From a virus: a stretch of DNA of 64,000 nt. The stretch lies in the IMG/VR virus record IMGVR_UViG_3300028883_000041, positions 21,588-85,587 of that record. The stretch is one strand, 5' to 3'. This document shows, piece by piece, positions 20,153-30,566 of this stretch. The position numbers and the translations under genes are program-made. The notes under the pieces were generated by a model that saw only the letters and a program-made list of their open reading frames with translations, did no database searches and was not told the DNA's origin. How positions within the stretch are numbered: position 1 is the first letter of the stretch; each line of letters starts with the position of its first letter.

Positions 20153-20389
20153 CTAAGGAACAACCTCTTCATAATTATACATGACATTCAAATATCCTAA
20201 ACCAGCAGATATACTAAACCCAGATACTTCATCATATCTGTTAATAATATGGTCTAATTGGTTATCTGTATATGTACCATCTATCCTTAAGAGAATAACA
20301 TCTGTTCCGCTGGGATATGCTTTCCCATCAACCCCTTGGGTTGCAGCTAAATCGTTAATATAATCAACTATTTCTTGTAAAGTTGCCAT
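20153..20389 (-). CDS. Small protein, single copy of the domain duplicated in 20846-21319
   Basis: Likely start MATLQEI (ATG 20389) about 25 nt after a TATA; aligns by eye with both halves of the 157-aa neighbour. Confidence 0.6.
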   Translation of the reverse strand: MATLQEIVDYINDLAATQGVDGKAYPSGTDVILLRIDGTYTDNQLDHIINRYDEVSGFSISAGLGYLNVMYNYEEVVP

Positions 20390-20427
20390 GATAAAAAAGT
20401 AGAAAGAGGGATATAAGAACTTTATGC

Positions 20428-20805
20428 TTAGAGGATATCCAAGTATCTCTTCCATTTTTTCTTGACGACTGGTTGAGATGTATAATCTAACTTAGTCTCT
20501 CTGTCTGTTATGAATACTATGTCTGATAATAAATCACCAACAAACTCTAACTCCATATCACATTCCCCACAATCACAAGCAAAGGTATAATGAAGGTCTC
20601 CTCTTGCTTCTGGACCTCTTAACTTTCCAGTCCATTCTTCTGGGTCATATTTAACAGATTTCATATTGAGTTCTTTTTCGTTGCTACCTACTATTCGTAT
20701 TCCAGTTCTTAAGTTTCCCACAAATTCAAGATATCTACCACAACCACACTTACACATACAGTAATAGCTTCTATCTTCTGGTATAATTTCAACTTCTTCT
20801 GACAT
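20428..20805 (-). CDS. Cys-rich protein with internal duplication
   Basis: Likely start MSEEVE (20805) after AAAAGG-TTTAAATA; CKCGCGRYLEFVG and CDCGECDMELEFVG. Confidence 0.6.
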   Translation of the reverse strand: MSEEVEIIPEDRSYYCMCKCGCGRYLEFVGNLRTGIRIVGSNEKELNMKSVKYDPEEWTGKLRGPEARGDLHYTFACDCGECDMELEFVGDLLSDIVFITDRETKLDYTSQPVVKKKWKRYLDIL

Positions 20806-20845
20806 GAATAAAAAAAGGAAGGGAAGATATTTAAACCTTTTGACA

Positions 20846-21319
20846 CTATGAACCAGATAATGTTTCGTCATAGAGATAGTAGATTACAATTGGTCCATCA
20901 CCTTCATAGAGAGTGAAAGTGGTTATCTCATCTGGATAATGATTGATAAGGTGTTCAAGACCAGTTTTATTATATTGACCAATAAATCTAATCTTAACAT
21001 TCTCATCATCTGGTGTCCAAACCATAGCCTCTATCTTATCATTATTATCTATCAAATTCTGAACATAATCAACGATATCTCCTATAGTGTTACTACCAGA
21101 AGTATAAGGATAAATCAAGTCTAACCATCCCCTAATACTTTGAACAGCATAACTATATATCTCTGAGTATTGGTTGATAAGCCAATCTAATTGACCTTTA
21201 CTATAACTTCCTTTAGAAGTAATTCTGATATTACTACCAGTCCATAGTCCTATGGCTTCTAAATCTTGAGCCTTTATCAAGTTTTGAACAGTTGTTTCTA
21301 TTTCGCCTAATGTTGCCAT
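20846..21319 (-). CDS. Two-repeat small protein
   Basis: TLGEI..QLDWLINQY and TIGDI..LEHLINHY halves; GGTGA RBS. Confidence 0.6.
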   Translation of the reverse strand: MATLGEIETTVQNLIKAQDLEAIGLWTGSNIRITSKGSYSKGQLDWLINQYSEIYSYAVQSIRGWLDLIYPYTSGSNTIGDIVDYVQNLIDNNDKIEAMVWTPDDENVKIRFIGQYNKTGLEHLINHYPDEITTFTLYEGDGPIVIYYLYDETLSGS

Positions 21320-21327
21320 TTAATCAC

Positions 21328-24177
21328 CTAACTATAATAATATTCACACAACGGAGCTTTACAGTCTAAATCGTTTGCATTGGTACAGATGAAATCCAAT
21401 CTAAGATGTACCCAATCATAAGCACTAACGTCTGTAGTTGTCCAACCTATATCTGTTCTAAGACTGTATTCTATACCAGTATTGTAATTATTCAATGCTG
21501 TTTGACTGTCTAACAGAGTACTGGTTCTACCACTATGAGCGTAGACATATACTCGGTCCCATTCATCACCATTATCAGCATCAAGAAGATTGACTAAGAA
21601 ATCGTATATCTGTAATTCTAAAGTTCCTTCTCCTCTAACAGTTGGTAGAGGCACTACGCCTACAGCTATAAAGTCTTGAGCACCTACGTTAGATATAGTC
21701 ATAGCTGAAGAGTTCCATCTCCAATCATCATAATATCCAGCTGCTGTATTACCATTCATCATGATAGGTATCTTATGTCTGTCAGTAGATTTGGAAGACC
21801 AACCTATGACTTTAGATGCTCCTCTACTAATAGACCCATCACTTGTAGATAAGTTTCCTTCTATCCACAATTCATCTATCGCTGCACCAGAAGCACCTAT
21901 ACTGTAACTATCATCAGTATCTACGAGAATATCTCCACCTATGGTTGTTGTGCCTCCTATGGTGACGTTTCCAGTGACATCTAAAGTCTCACCTATAGTT
22001 CCAGACCCACCTACAACTAAGTCATCCACGGTAGCCTCACCATCAACAACTAAGGTTCCAAAACCTCCTTCTCCAGTAACTTCTAAGTCTTCTGTTACAG
22101 AAGCAGAAGTACCAACAGACAAACCAGCGGCTGTAGAAATATTTCCAGTCACATCCAGTGTTTCAGCCACAGTTCCAGAACCACCAATGACCAAATCATC
22201 CACCGTAGTTAAACCAGTTACATCTAAGGTTTCAGCAATGGTACCGCTTCCTCCTATGGTTATATCATCGACTGTGGTTGAACCACTCATGGTTGATGTT
22301 CCAGAAACGATAAGATTACCAGCAACTGTCGCATCCGTACCATCATCGAAAAGGATACTATCAGTTATATCTTTAGCTGTTCCACTTTCCCATTTGGTAA
22401 GATAATTATCTGTATGACTTGTCCCTTGAACTACATCTCCAGAACCGCTTCCAGCAGCACCAGAAACTGCTGATGGTTCCCATTTACTGTTAGCTTCTAC
22501 CCAAACAAGAGAGTCACCATCACTTGGAGACCCAGCATCTACATCATCTAATTCGTTTAAAACTATACCGCTTGTTGCACCACTAAAAGCAACGGTTCCA
22601 CTAAAGACTGTTGAACCACTGAAAGCCCAATCTCCAGTAACTATCTCGTTCTGAGCTAAGGATGCGTATTGTGGATGGTCATCATCTGATAACCCAGCTA
22701 AATCTCCGTGGTCCGTAACTGGAACAACAGTAAATTGTGTATCAAGAGGACTGAGAATAAGGTCTATATTGGAAGCATCTCGTTCTATGATGACTTTACC
22801 AACAAGTAACCCAAAATCTCTTAACAAAGGAGGAGGAGTTGGTATTGCAGATGCTTCTGCTTCTCCTAATTTATTATAATCATCTTGACCATATTGAACA
22901 TGTAAACTACCGTCTTGTAAAACATAAACTAAATGAACACCATAATCATTACTACCAACTGTTCCTAAAGTTCCGTCTCCATCATCATAATTAGTATTAC
23001 TTATCTGTGCTTGGTCAGTAACTTCTGTCCAACCACCGCCATTAGCCCTATACCAATAACTAAATCTATCACCATTATTTGTATTTAGAGCACTGATAGT
23101 CTCTCTATTATGAGCACAATATAAGACCCCAGCAGTTAATGAAAGATATCGTTCTCCTTCTTCTGCTAAACTCAATCCACTTGCTCGTTCAAAGCCATGT
23201 ATTTCAAAGTCTCTATAACATGCCTTAGTCATATAGTCAGTGATATCTTGACCTACATTATAGATGTAAAGAGTTGTTCCGTCTCTATACACTCTTCCAA
23301 TAACTATTTCTGTATGAAGGTCTAATGAAGTAATATCTACTGTTGCATCAACTTCTGGTGACCCACTACTATAAGACAAATAAATCCAATTGGTATTGTT
23401 ATCTGTTAATGATACACTATCATCCTCAGCCCAATCAAAGAACACATTACTTCCTATATCACTATCTGTTGTTTTGATGATACCAGTTCCAGAGCCAACA
23501 GTAGCTGAACCATCACCATTATCACTTATAGTACCACCAGTGATAAATCCAGCACTTTGAGTATTGTTCCACCAGTCTTCTAAAGTCTTATAAGTAGAAC
23601 CAGAAATGATACTATGATTGATTTGTTCATCATCTAATTCAAATGATGAAACAGCCATAGATTGTAACTCTCCACTATCTTCAAAGAGAATATTATCTGT
23701 AAGAGCAGCTGCATCAATAGTATCAACTACCAGTTTTCCTCCTACTGTGATAGTATCATCACCAGCATTCTGTGTTACAATACTGTCTGCTAATTCGTTA
23801 GCAGCACCACTCCACATAGGGATAGTTCTTATTGTTCCAGAACCACCTACACCGTAGTAAGTTCCAGAACCCCACGCTTCATAAGGTATGGCTACTCCAG
23901 ATATGATAACGAATATATTATTATCATCTGCTCTGAACCCATATTTTGTTCCATCTACTATAGTATCTTTAACATCACCTATAGTTCCACTTCCAAACCC
24001 CAACATGGCTTTGGCTGCATCAAATTCTACATAACCGCTGTTATTAGTCCATGTTTTATTAGTTACTGTTCCACTTACTAAATCAACATCATATCCATCT
24101 GTATCAACATACAATACAGTATAACAATCACTTGAACCACTTACTAAATTATCAGAACCTATATAATATGTCGCCAT
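21328..24177 (-). CDS. Long tail fibre/adhesin
   Basis: Gly/Ser/Thr/Asp-rich; DHGDLAGLSDDDHPQY and LNELDDV fibre motifs; shares the 23-aa repeat. Confidence 0.75.
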   Translation of the reverse strand: MATYYIGSDNLVSGSSDCYTVLYVDTDGYDVDLVSGTVTNKTWTNNSGYVEFDAAKAMLGFGSGTIGDVKDTIVDGTKYGFRADDNNIFVIISGVAIPYEAWGSGTYYGVGGSGTIRTIPMWSGAANELADSIVTQNAGDDTITVGGKLVVDTIDAAALTDNILFEDSGELQSMAVSSFELDDEQINHSIISGSTYKTLEDWWNNTQSAGFITGGTISDNGDGSATVGSGTGIIKTTDSDIGSNVFFDWAEDDSVSLTDNNTNWIYLSYSSGSPEVDATVDITSLDLHTEIVIGRVYRDGTTLYIYNVGQDITDYMTKACYRDFEIHGFERASGLSLAEEGERYLSLTAGVLYCAHNRETISALNTNNGDRFSYWYRANGGGWTEVTDQAQISNTNYDDGDGTLGTVGSNDYGVHLVYVLQDGSLHVQYGQDDYNKLGEAEASAIPTPPPLLRDFGLLVGKVIIERDASNIDLILSPLDTQFTVVPVTDHGDLAGLSDDDHPQYASLAQNEIVTGDWAFSGSTVFSGTVAFSGATSGIVLNELDDVDAGSPSDGDSLVWVEANSKWEPSAVSGAAGSGSGDVVQGTSHTDNYLTKWESGTAKDITDSILFDDGTDATVAGNLIVSGTSTMSGSTTVDDITIGGSGTIAETLDVTGLTTVDDLVIGGSGTVAETLDVTGNISTAAGLSVGTSASVTEDLEVTGEGGFGTLVVDGEATVDDLVVGGSGTIGETLDVTGNVTIGGTTTIGGDILVDTDDSYSIGASGAAIDELWIEGNLSTSDGSISRGASKVIGWSSKSTDRHKIPIMMNGNTAAGYYDDWRWNSSAMTISNVGAQDFIAVGVVPLPTVRGEGTLELQIYDFLVNLLDADNGDEWDRVYVYAHSGRTSTLLDSQTALNNYNTGIEYSLRTDIGWTTTDVSAYDWVHLRLDFICTNANDLDCKAPLCEYYYS

Positions 24178-25094
24178 TATTCCACCTTTTCCTTTCTGTT
24201 TTGACCACTTATAGTTCCACCTAATTGTGTTGTACCAGCATTAGCAGTAAGATTAGTCATAGGAGATTGTAACAAAGCGATAGGGATAGGAGCACCACTA
24301 ATAGGACACGCTGCTAAAGTTCCCCCTACACAACTAAAAGTAGATGCAGCAGTTATTTGAATTTGTCCGTTGGTTCCTAATGTTATAGAGTCTCCATCTG
24401 CTACAACAGAATTACTCCCACTTTGAAATAATACATTACCATCAGAATTAATATTAATAGCTCCTTTAGCATTAACATCAATACTACCATCAGCATTAAG
24501 AACAATGGATGTTCCACTTGTAGACTCTGAACTTCTGAGGGTGATACTCCCAGAAGACATATGAAATATATCACCATTATCTGTCTCTATGTAGAACCCT
24601 TCTTCTGGATAGGTAGGAGAATATGTTGGGTCAGCACTCATAAAAGTTTTTGTATCTCCCTTAAAATCAGCACTGGCAAACTCTCTGTTGAAATGTTGAT
24701 TAAAATCTGTTACATCTCCTACAGACAAAACAACTCTTTTACCACTTAATGATAATGAACCAGCACCAGAAGCAGCTTCTGTAAAACCAGAACCATCTCC
24801 TAAATGAACCTTTGCTCCTTCACTATCTAATAATACTGTTTCTCTGTTTAATATACCACTAACACTATGAGTTGAACCTAAAATATAACCAATATCTCCT
24901 TCTATGAATACTAAAACATTCTCATTTGGAGAGTAAGTAGGAATAAATCCAGCTCTTGCACCACTCATTGTTCCCATAATTGATATAGGACTACAAGATA
25001 TGTCTGTTCCGTCTATATTTATTGTATAAACATTACTATACCCCTCATCCTCTTCTTCCCTTTGGACGTTTTTTATTGTTGCCGATTTAATCAT
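24177..25094 (-). CDS. Baseplate central spike (gpV/gp5-like)
   Basis: OB-like N-terminus (ENVLVFIEG..GYILGS), beta-helix-like C-terminus, tip CPISGAP. Confidence 0.65.
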   Translation of the reverse strand: MIKSATIKNVQREEEDEGYSNVYTINIDGTDISCSPISIMGTMSGARAGFIPTYSPNENVLVFIEGDIGYILGSTHSVSGILNRETVLLDSEGAKVHLGDGSGFTEAASGAGSLSLSGKRVVLSVGDVTDFNQHFNREFASADFKGDTKTFMSADPTYSPTYPEEGFYIETDNGDIFHMSSGSITLRSSESTSGTSIVLNADGSIDVNAKGAININSDGNVLFQSGSNSVVADGDSITLGTNGQIQITAASTFSCVGGTLAACPISGAPIPIALLQSPMTNLTANAGTTQLGGTISGQNRKEKVE

Positions 25095-25095
25095 C

Positions 25096-28000
25096 TTATA
25101 CCATCCTTTTCCAACTTAAAGGCAAATTCTCTGATAATGAAGACCTTTGTAAAAATGTCGATAATTGTCTTGTAATCACATTGTCTTCATCAAAAGGCAT
25201 GTTACTGTTAATTGGGTCATCTACTAAATATATTTTACTCATGAACCCACTTGTTGTTCCGAAGTTACCGATATATTGAACATGTCTATAAACAAACCAT
25301 CTTACTACCTCATTCTCTTTTGCAGTATTTAGTTTAACAATATCATCATCTATAAATGCAGACCCTTCTCCATTATTTTCTAAATCTCTTATATACTTTT
25401 TTTCATTCAACATAGAAGTAAATTCTTTAGTCTTTCCAATAGCAGCACTCGCTATACTGACTACTCTATCTGTATCAATAATATCTACTGGTGCTACTCT
25501 TTTAGACAATTTTTCTAAGTAATAGTTTGCAAATCCTTCTCTCTTTTCTTGTAAAAAGATGGTATCACCAACTTGTATATTAGGTCTGGCTCCCATATAT
25601 ATTGAACCATTTCTCCCTTGCATTGTAGCCAATTCTATTAACATTGTCTCTACTGTTTTACAAGTCATCTCTATTATTCCAAATATTAAAGCTACCATAA
25701 ACTTTTTTATTGGTATTGCTTTTTGTGTGATGTTTCTAACAAATTCATAATATGGTTCTTGACCAACTTGATAATCTGATATTTCAGTTGCATTATACTT
25801 TACAACCTCTGATAAAAATCTCAACGTGTCATCTGCATCATCTAAATATTGATATATACTTTTCATCACTTGGGTTACAGCATTAAGACTGCTTTTTCCT
25901 ATTGACTTAGCAGTTAGGTAGGTGTTTTTGATATGATAATCAATGTCTTTACTTACACCAAATACAGTTTGACCTATACTTTCTAAACTACTATCTGATA
26001 GAAAATCTTGACACATCTCAAAGAACTCATTATAACTATATTTTTCTTTTAGTTGGAATGTTTTACTGCTACTATATTTGATATTGAATGTACCAGTTTG
26101 TTTTATTTTCTCACTGATGGGAACAGCTATAGAAGAAAAAGAACCAAATAAACCATTGAGATTGAATTCTAATTCAAAGGTTTTAGGGTTAATACCATAA
26201 GAATTAAGAGTATCGGTAATAGGATTATTAGAAGTGACAGATACCCCTTGTGTGTATGATAACATGTTATCTACTTTTTCTCTTAGTTCTAAGTAATAAC
26301 CATCTTCCAAAGATACAGAAGAAGTATTAACTGTTGACTCTTTATAATCTACTAAAGGTTTTTGTGTTTCAAAAACAACCATCTTAGGAACATTAGAATA
26401 GATGTTGTTCTTCGTAGAAAAATTATTTTTTAAAGACACAGACATTATAGGAGCAGAATTAACATCATCTGGGTCCACTAAATGACATTCTGCTATCTGT
26501 CCTCTTCTGTTTACCTCAAAGATATCTATTTCAGACACCTCATCAAGATAAAGTTTGTGTTTTCTATCTGGAACTAATAAATTACCAGCAGCATCTCTCC
26601 CACTAAATGTAAATAATAAGCATATAACTATTCCAGTTCCTTTCTTTCTATTTGGAACATCTTGGTTAATGAACATATCAGATTTAACCCATAAGTTCTT
26701 TGAAGCATCACCATAGATAATCTTGTTAATATAGATAAAATTACTTAGATACATATTAACAAAATCTATTATTGATGGTGTGTTAAAGGTTGTATCTAAC
26801 TCTGGTCTGGTATAGAGGTCCAACTTATCTGGCGTCCATCTCTCACTTGTTCTAACATTAAGAACATTAGTTAATGCACGAGCAAGAGGTATAGTTCCAG
26901 AAGCTTTACCACTTTTATCATCTAAATAAAGATAAAACTGTTCTGCTTTTCCCCCCTTATCTGCTACTAAAAATGATATCTTACCAGAACCATCTTTCTT
27001 AATCTTACCAAATAAATTCATGATTATCTTATCAAAAGAAATAAGCAGTTTATCAGTCTCATTTTCTTGTACTCTTCTTGTTTCAGCAAACACCCTATCA
27101 CCAAAAGCAGCAAAAAATCTGCTTGAAGTTATCATAAATTTTTTCATGGTTCTTCCTCTATTATCTGGGTCATCAACCTCTGTTGCTGGAAGAACACTGG
27201 TAGTCATACCATTATTAATACAAAACTTTACTGCTTTTGATATGGTTGTTTGCCATAAAGTATTTTTATCATAATCTTTTAATGTATAAGCTTCGTTATT
27301 ATCGTTATCTTCTTTCTTGATACCATAATTAATTTTAAGATGTTGGAACATTCTTGCTGGGTCTTGAGCATTCATCCTTAACTGAGTAGAACCTCCCATA
27401 TGAAGGTTTTTAACTGTAATAAACCCAGAAAAATGAGGTCTGTCTCTCTCTATTCTGGTAGTAAATCTACTCTTCTTAATCTTCTGTTCTTTTTCTCCAG
27501 ACTTACATAACGTACCTATTAAAGAGGTATTTGTAATAGAAACGTTTTGAAGATTTGTACCAATCTTCTTTTTTGTTAAGAAGTCTTTAACTCCTACAGC
27601 ATATTTAACATCTTGATTATACATCTCATAAAACAATAACTTTGAAGCAGCAAAATCCGCTCCAGATATAGCAGCAGAAGCCAAAGTTTTAGAAAGGTTC
27701 TGCGTCCAAACGAATATCACATCATCTGTTCTAACTATCTTATAAAGTAATCTTTCATAATCAGAAAAAGTTATTTCTATTTTAACACCGTATCTCGAAC
27801 TTTCATCAATTTGAACACCAAGAAGAGTATTCTGTTCATAAGAATTTGTAAAAGGATTTGATACCAAGTTCTTGCTTAAATATCTCATAGATTTATCTGG
27901 TTCAGTTACAGCACCTACAGCTTCATCTTCATGAAGTCTTGTAAGTTCTTCTTGGCTTAATACTTTTGTATCAACTTCAAACTTATAATAAGGTTTGAGG

Positions 28001-28134
28001 TCAACAAACTTGAACATACCTTTTTCAGTTCTTCTCCATATTTCAACAGCAACAATAACATGTTGTTCATTATCGAAATTGAATTTAAGAACTTCTGATG
28101 ATGTTGGTTGTAAAAACTGAGAAAGGTCTGACAT
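25096..28134 (-). CDS. Putative baseplate hub (gp27/gpD-like), enlarged
   Basis: Synteny between tube initiator and spike; FSGFIT..LRMNAQD and GARPNIQVGDTI..RHV..GFMSKI hub-like segments. Confidence 0.5.
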   Translation of the reverse strand: MSDLSQFLQPTSSEVLKFNFDNEQHVIVAVEIWRRTEKGMFKFVDLKPYYKFEVDTKVLSQEELTRLHEDEAVGAVTEPDKSMRYLSKNLVSNPFTNSYEQNTLLGVQIDESSRYGVKIEITFSDYERLLYKIVRTDDVIFVWTQNLSKTLASAAISGADFAASKLLFYEMYNQDVKYAVGVKDFLTKKKIGTNLQNVSITNTSLIGTLCKSGEKEQKIKKSRFTTRIERDRPHFSGFITVKNLHMGGSTQLRMNAQDPARMFQHLKINYGIKKEDNDNNEAYTLKDYDKNTLWQTTISKAVKFCINNGMTTSVLPATEVDDPDNRGRTMKKFMITSSRFFAAFGDRVFAETRRVQENETDKLLISFDKIIMNLFGKIKKDGSGKISFLVADKGGKAEQFYLYLDDKSGKASGTIPLARALTNVLNVRTSERWTPDKLDLYTRPELDTTFNTPSIIDFVNMYLSNFIYINKIIYGDASKNLWVKSDMFINQDVPNRKKGTGIVICLLFTFSGRDAAGNLLVPDRKHKLYLDEVSEIDIFEVNRRGQIAECHLVDPDDVNSAPIMSVSLKNNFSTKNNIYSNVPKMVVFETQKPLVDYKESTVNTSSVSLEDGYYLELREKVDNMLSYTQGVSVTSNNPITDTLNSYGINPKTFELEFNLNGLFGSFSSIAVPISEKIKQTGTFNIKYSSSKTFQLKEKYSYNEFFEMCQDFLSDSSLESIGQTVFGVSKDIDYHIKNTYLTAKSIGKSSLNAVTQVMKSIYQYLDDADDTLRFLSEVVKYNATEISDYQVGQEPYYEFVRNITQKAIPIKKFMVALIFGIIEMTCKTVETMLIELATMQGRNGSIYMGARPNIQVGDTIFLQEKREGFANYYLEKLSKRVAPVDIIDTDRVVSIASAAIGKTKEFTSMLNEKKYIRDLENNGEGSAFIDDDIVKLNTAKENEVVRWFVYRHVQYIGNFGTTSGFMSKIYLVDDPINSNMPFDEDNVITRQLSTFLQRSSLSENLPLSWKRMV

Positions 28135-28647
28135 CTAAAAAGCCACCTCTAATGGATACTTTATCACTGGAGGAATTCTTAATACTTCATATAACTCTAA
28201 AGTATATTTATAGACCATTCTTTCATCTCCAGACTGTTCCCAACTCATCTTATCTATAGTTACAAAAGCCATATCTAAATCTGCTTTCATAAATATAGGA
28301 GAATCGTAAGTATAAAGATACTCTATGAAATACTTTACTGCTCTTGCATCATAGGAAAAGAAGAACCAAGCCTTTTCCCCTCCAACACCAGCAAGACCTT
28401 TGAAATATCTATTCCATTTTCTAAAGAGGTTCTCAAAATTGAGTTCTCCTTTGATTACAAACTTAGTACTTTTTGTACCGAACTTTTGTCGGATAGAGCC
28501 TATCCTACCTATTGGATTTAACTCATTCACCCTTTTTTCATATGTCCCTTGCCAGAAATTGGCTTGTGGGTCTATAAGAAAAACTGGTGGTACATAAAGT
28601 AGAACTTTTCTTGAAACTAATGATTTTAATGTATCTATCGTTGACAT
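28135..28647 (-). CDS. Tail tube initiator (gpU-like)
   Basis: Follows the tape measure; QKFGTKSTKFVIKGEL..YKYTLELYE. Confidence 0.55.
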   Translation of the reverse strand: MSTIDTLKSLVSRKVLLYVPPVFLIDPQANFWQGTYEKRVNELNPIGRIGSIRQKFGTKSTKFVIKGELNFENLFRKWNRYFKGLAGVGGEKAWFFFSYDARAVKYFIEYLYTYDSPIFMKADLDMAFVTIDKMSWEQSGDERMVYKYTLELYEVLRIPPVIKYPLEVAF

Positions 28648-28649
28648 TT

Positions 28650-29990
28650 TTATTCTTCACCTATATCATATTCTGGATTAATCGCAAATCTTTTTGTAGT
28701 ATTGATATTAAACTCTTTTTCAACACGTGTTATACCTATTGCCATACCCTTTGCTGCTGTAGATACTCTACCTAATTTGTTTTGTAATGAAGCGAAATCT
28801 GAAGACCTATTCAAGAAGTCACTTATTGTACTGTATAGTTCCCCTTGCTGTCTCCTCATCTCTCCTAAATTGAAATCTATAGTCAATAAATTATCTAATT
28901 TTAACTTACTAAACAATCCATCGACAACACCAGTTATCACTTTATTTGATAGTCCTTCTTGGTCTATGGTTGCAGTAATCACTCCTCCAGAAGATGAACC
29001 ACTTCGAGATGGAGTAGAAGCAGTTGAAATAGAAGACTTAGAACCCATCTTATCTAACAAACTTTCTATGACTGTATCTACCATAGTATATGACTCAGTA
29101 AAAGCATTTGGGTCTGGAGCTTCAGAAGTTCTTGTCCTTAATTCTCCTACAAACATTTCTTCTATAGCACTTCTTACCTCTGGTTTTTTAGATGCTTCTT
29201 CAAATGATAAACCATTAGCTCTTGCATATTGTGTTATCACATATTCAGCATCAGATAAATTTTTACCCATATGTTTAGCAACCATATCTGGTCTAAGCTC
29301 TGGGTTTGGTAATGATGAGAGGTATCTTGAGCTGTAGTATCTTTCCACTTCTAATGCTTTTGATTCTTGTGGTCCTCCAAACGACTTCATGATATTAGAT
29401 ACTTCGTTATTAAGATATTCAAATACAGATAACATATTTGGAGAATCCTTAACCAAAGACAACAAATCTCTTGTTTGGTTTTGAGCATTTTTACTTCCTT
29501 TAATTTGTGGGAATAAATCATTTAATTTAGAAAGAAACATTAATGATTTGTCCATGATTTCTGACCACTTATCTGGGTCTTGTTCAAATCCTACACTTCT
29601 AATCATGGCTTCTAAATTATTCAAATACTCAAAAGGACTTACACCACCAAACACTGTTTCACTAATAACATCTTTGTTTATTTTTAGTCTTGCTAACTGG
29701 TTTCTTGTTTGATTGATAGCAGTCTGTGTTTGGAGAGTAGGAGCAGAAGAAGAATATTTAGTACTGGTTAAGAGACTATAGTTCATCTTTACATATTCTT
29801 TTATTTCATGTAACAAATCCCAGTTCCCACCAACTTTACTAACACCTCCTTCACTCATAGAATTAACTGCTGTAGTAAAATTGTTTTTAACAGTATCACT
29901 AAGAGCACCAAAATCACTAAAAGCCTTATAGATTTCTGACATGTTAGTTATTTCAGCTTGAGCACTTAGTTTGATATTTAGTTCAGCCAT
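28650..29990 (-). CDS. Putative tape measure protein (short, 446 aa)
   Basis: Directly after the tail chaperone; N-terminal MAELNIKLSAQ; helical composition. Confidence 0.6.
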   Translation of the reverse strand: MAELNIKLSAQAEITNMSEIYKAFSDFGALSDTVKNNFTTAVNSMSEGGVSKVGGNWDLLHEIKEYVKMNYSLLTSTKYSSSAPTLQTQTAINQTRNQLARLKINKDVISETVFGGVSPFEYLNNLEAMIRSVGFEQDPDKWSEIMDKSLMFLSKLNDLFPQIKGSKNAQNQTRDLLSLVKDSPNMLSVFEYLNNEVSNIMKSFGGPQESKALEVERYYSSRYLSSLPNPELRPDMVAKHMGKNLSDAEYVITQYARANGLSFEEASKKPEVRSAIEEMFVGELRTRTSEAPDPNAFTESYTMVDTVIESLLDKMGSKSSISTASTPSRSGSSSGGVITATIDQEGLSNKVITGVVDGLFSKLKLDNLLTIDFNLGEMRRQQGELYSTISDFLNRSSDFASLQNKLGRVSTAAKGMAIGITRVEKEFNINTTKRFAINPEYDIGEE

Positions 29991-30528
29991 TATAAATCAC
30001 TTTCATATTGTTCTACACACTCACTAATAAAAAGGATTTCTGTCCAATTCATTCTTATCAGTTCTCGGAGAGGAAGAGAGATTTTCTTTGACAGAGCATA
30101 AAGAAATCTACCCACATTTGTATGTGCTAATTTTCTAATTTCTTGCTCTCCGAGTGCTGAGAAAAAGAGATTTCTTCCACAGCACTGATTAGTGATTGTT
30201 GCATACCAAGAGGCATCATATCTACTTCTTTATAACTCAAAGGACGACCATCTGTAGTTGTTACCAACTTGGTTATCATATGTTTATACCGTTCTAACGG
30301 AGTGTTGAACATTTCTAATTCTAATTGTATTGCAACAGTAAGAGGTTTGACTATGAAAGACATCCCATCATCAATATCATCATAAATAATATTAACAGTA
30401 ACTTCTTTGGCATCAAGTATTTGCTGAAGTTTTTCTATGATGTTTTCTTTCTTAATTTCTCCCACAGCTTTTTTTAATTCACCAATAGTAGTGATAACTT
30501 CTTTCTGTCGTTGTTCTTCTTCTTCCAT
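29990..30528 (-). CDS. Tail assembly chaperone G-T, predicted -1 frameshift product
   Basis: A -1 slip at TCT TTT TC (about 30161-30168) opens FSALGEQEIRKLAHTNVGRFLYALSKKISLPLRELIRMNWTEILFISECVEQYESDL*; its TAA overlaps the tape-measure ATG. Confidence 0.7.
30127..30528 (-). CDS. Tail assembly chaperone G
   Basis: Between tube and tape-measure genes; FIVKPLT..EVDMMPLG. Confidence 0.7.
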   Translation of the reverse strand: MEEEEQRQKEVITTIGELKKAVGEIKKENIIEKLQQILDAKEVTVNIIYDDIDDGMSFIVKPLTVAIQLELEMFNTPLERYKHMITKLVTTTDGRPLSYKEVDMMPLGMQQSLISAVEEISFSQHSESKKLEN

Positions 30529-30566
30529 GGGAGGTAGTTATCAGAACTAATATTTAGATGTTTCTG

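Noticed and set aside
15017-24177. Diversity-generating retroelement targeting the fibre tips
   Set aside because: No reverse transcriptase and no adenine-specific TR/VR pair seen in this window
15744-29337. Plus-strand ORFs antisense to tail genes (e.g. 15744, 21941, 28702)
   Set aside because: Antisense shadows caused by codon bias in Ser/Thr/Gly-rich genes
30060-30129. Stop-codon readthrough of the tail chaperone TAG
   Set aside because: The zero frame closes again after 22 codons; the -1 frame fits far better
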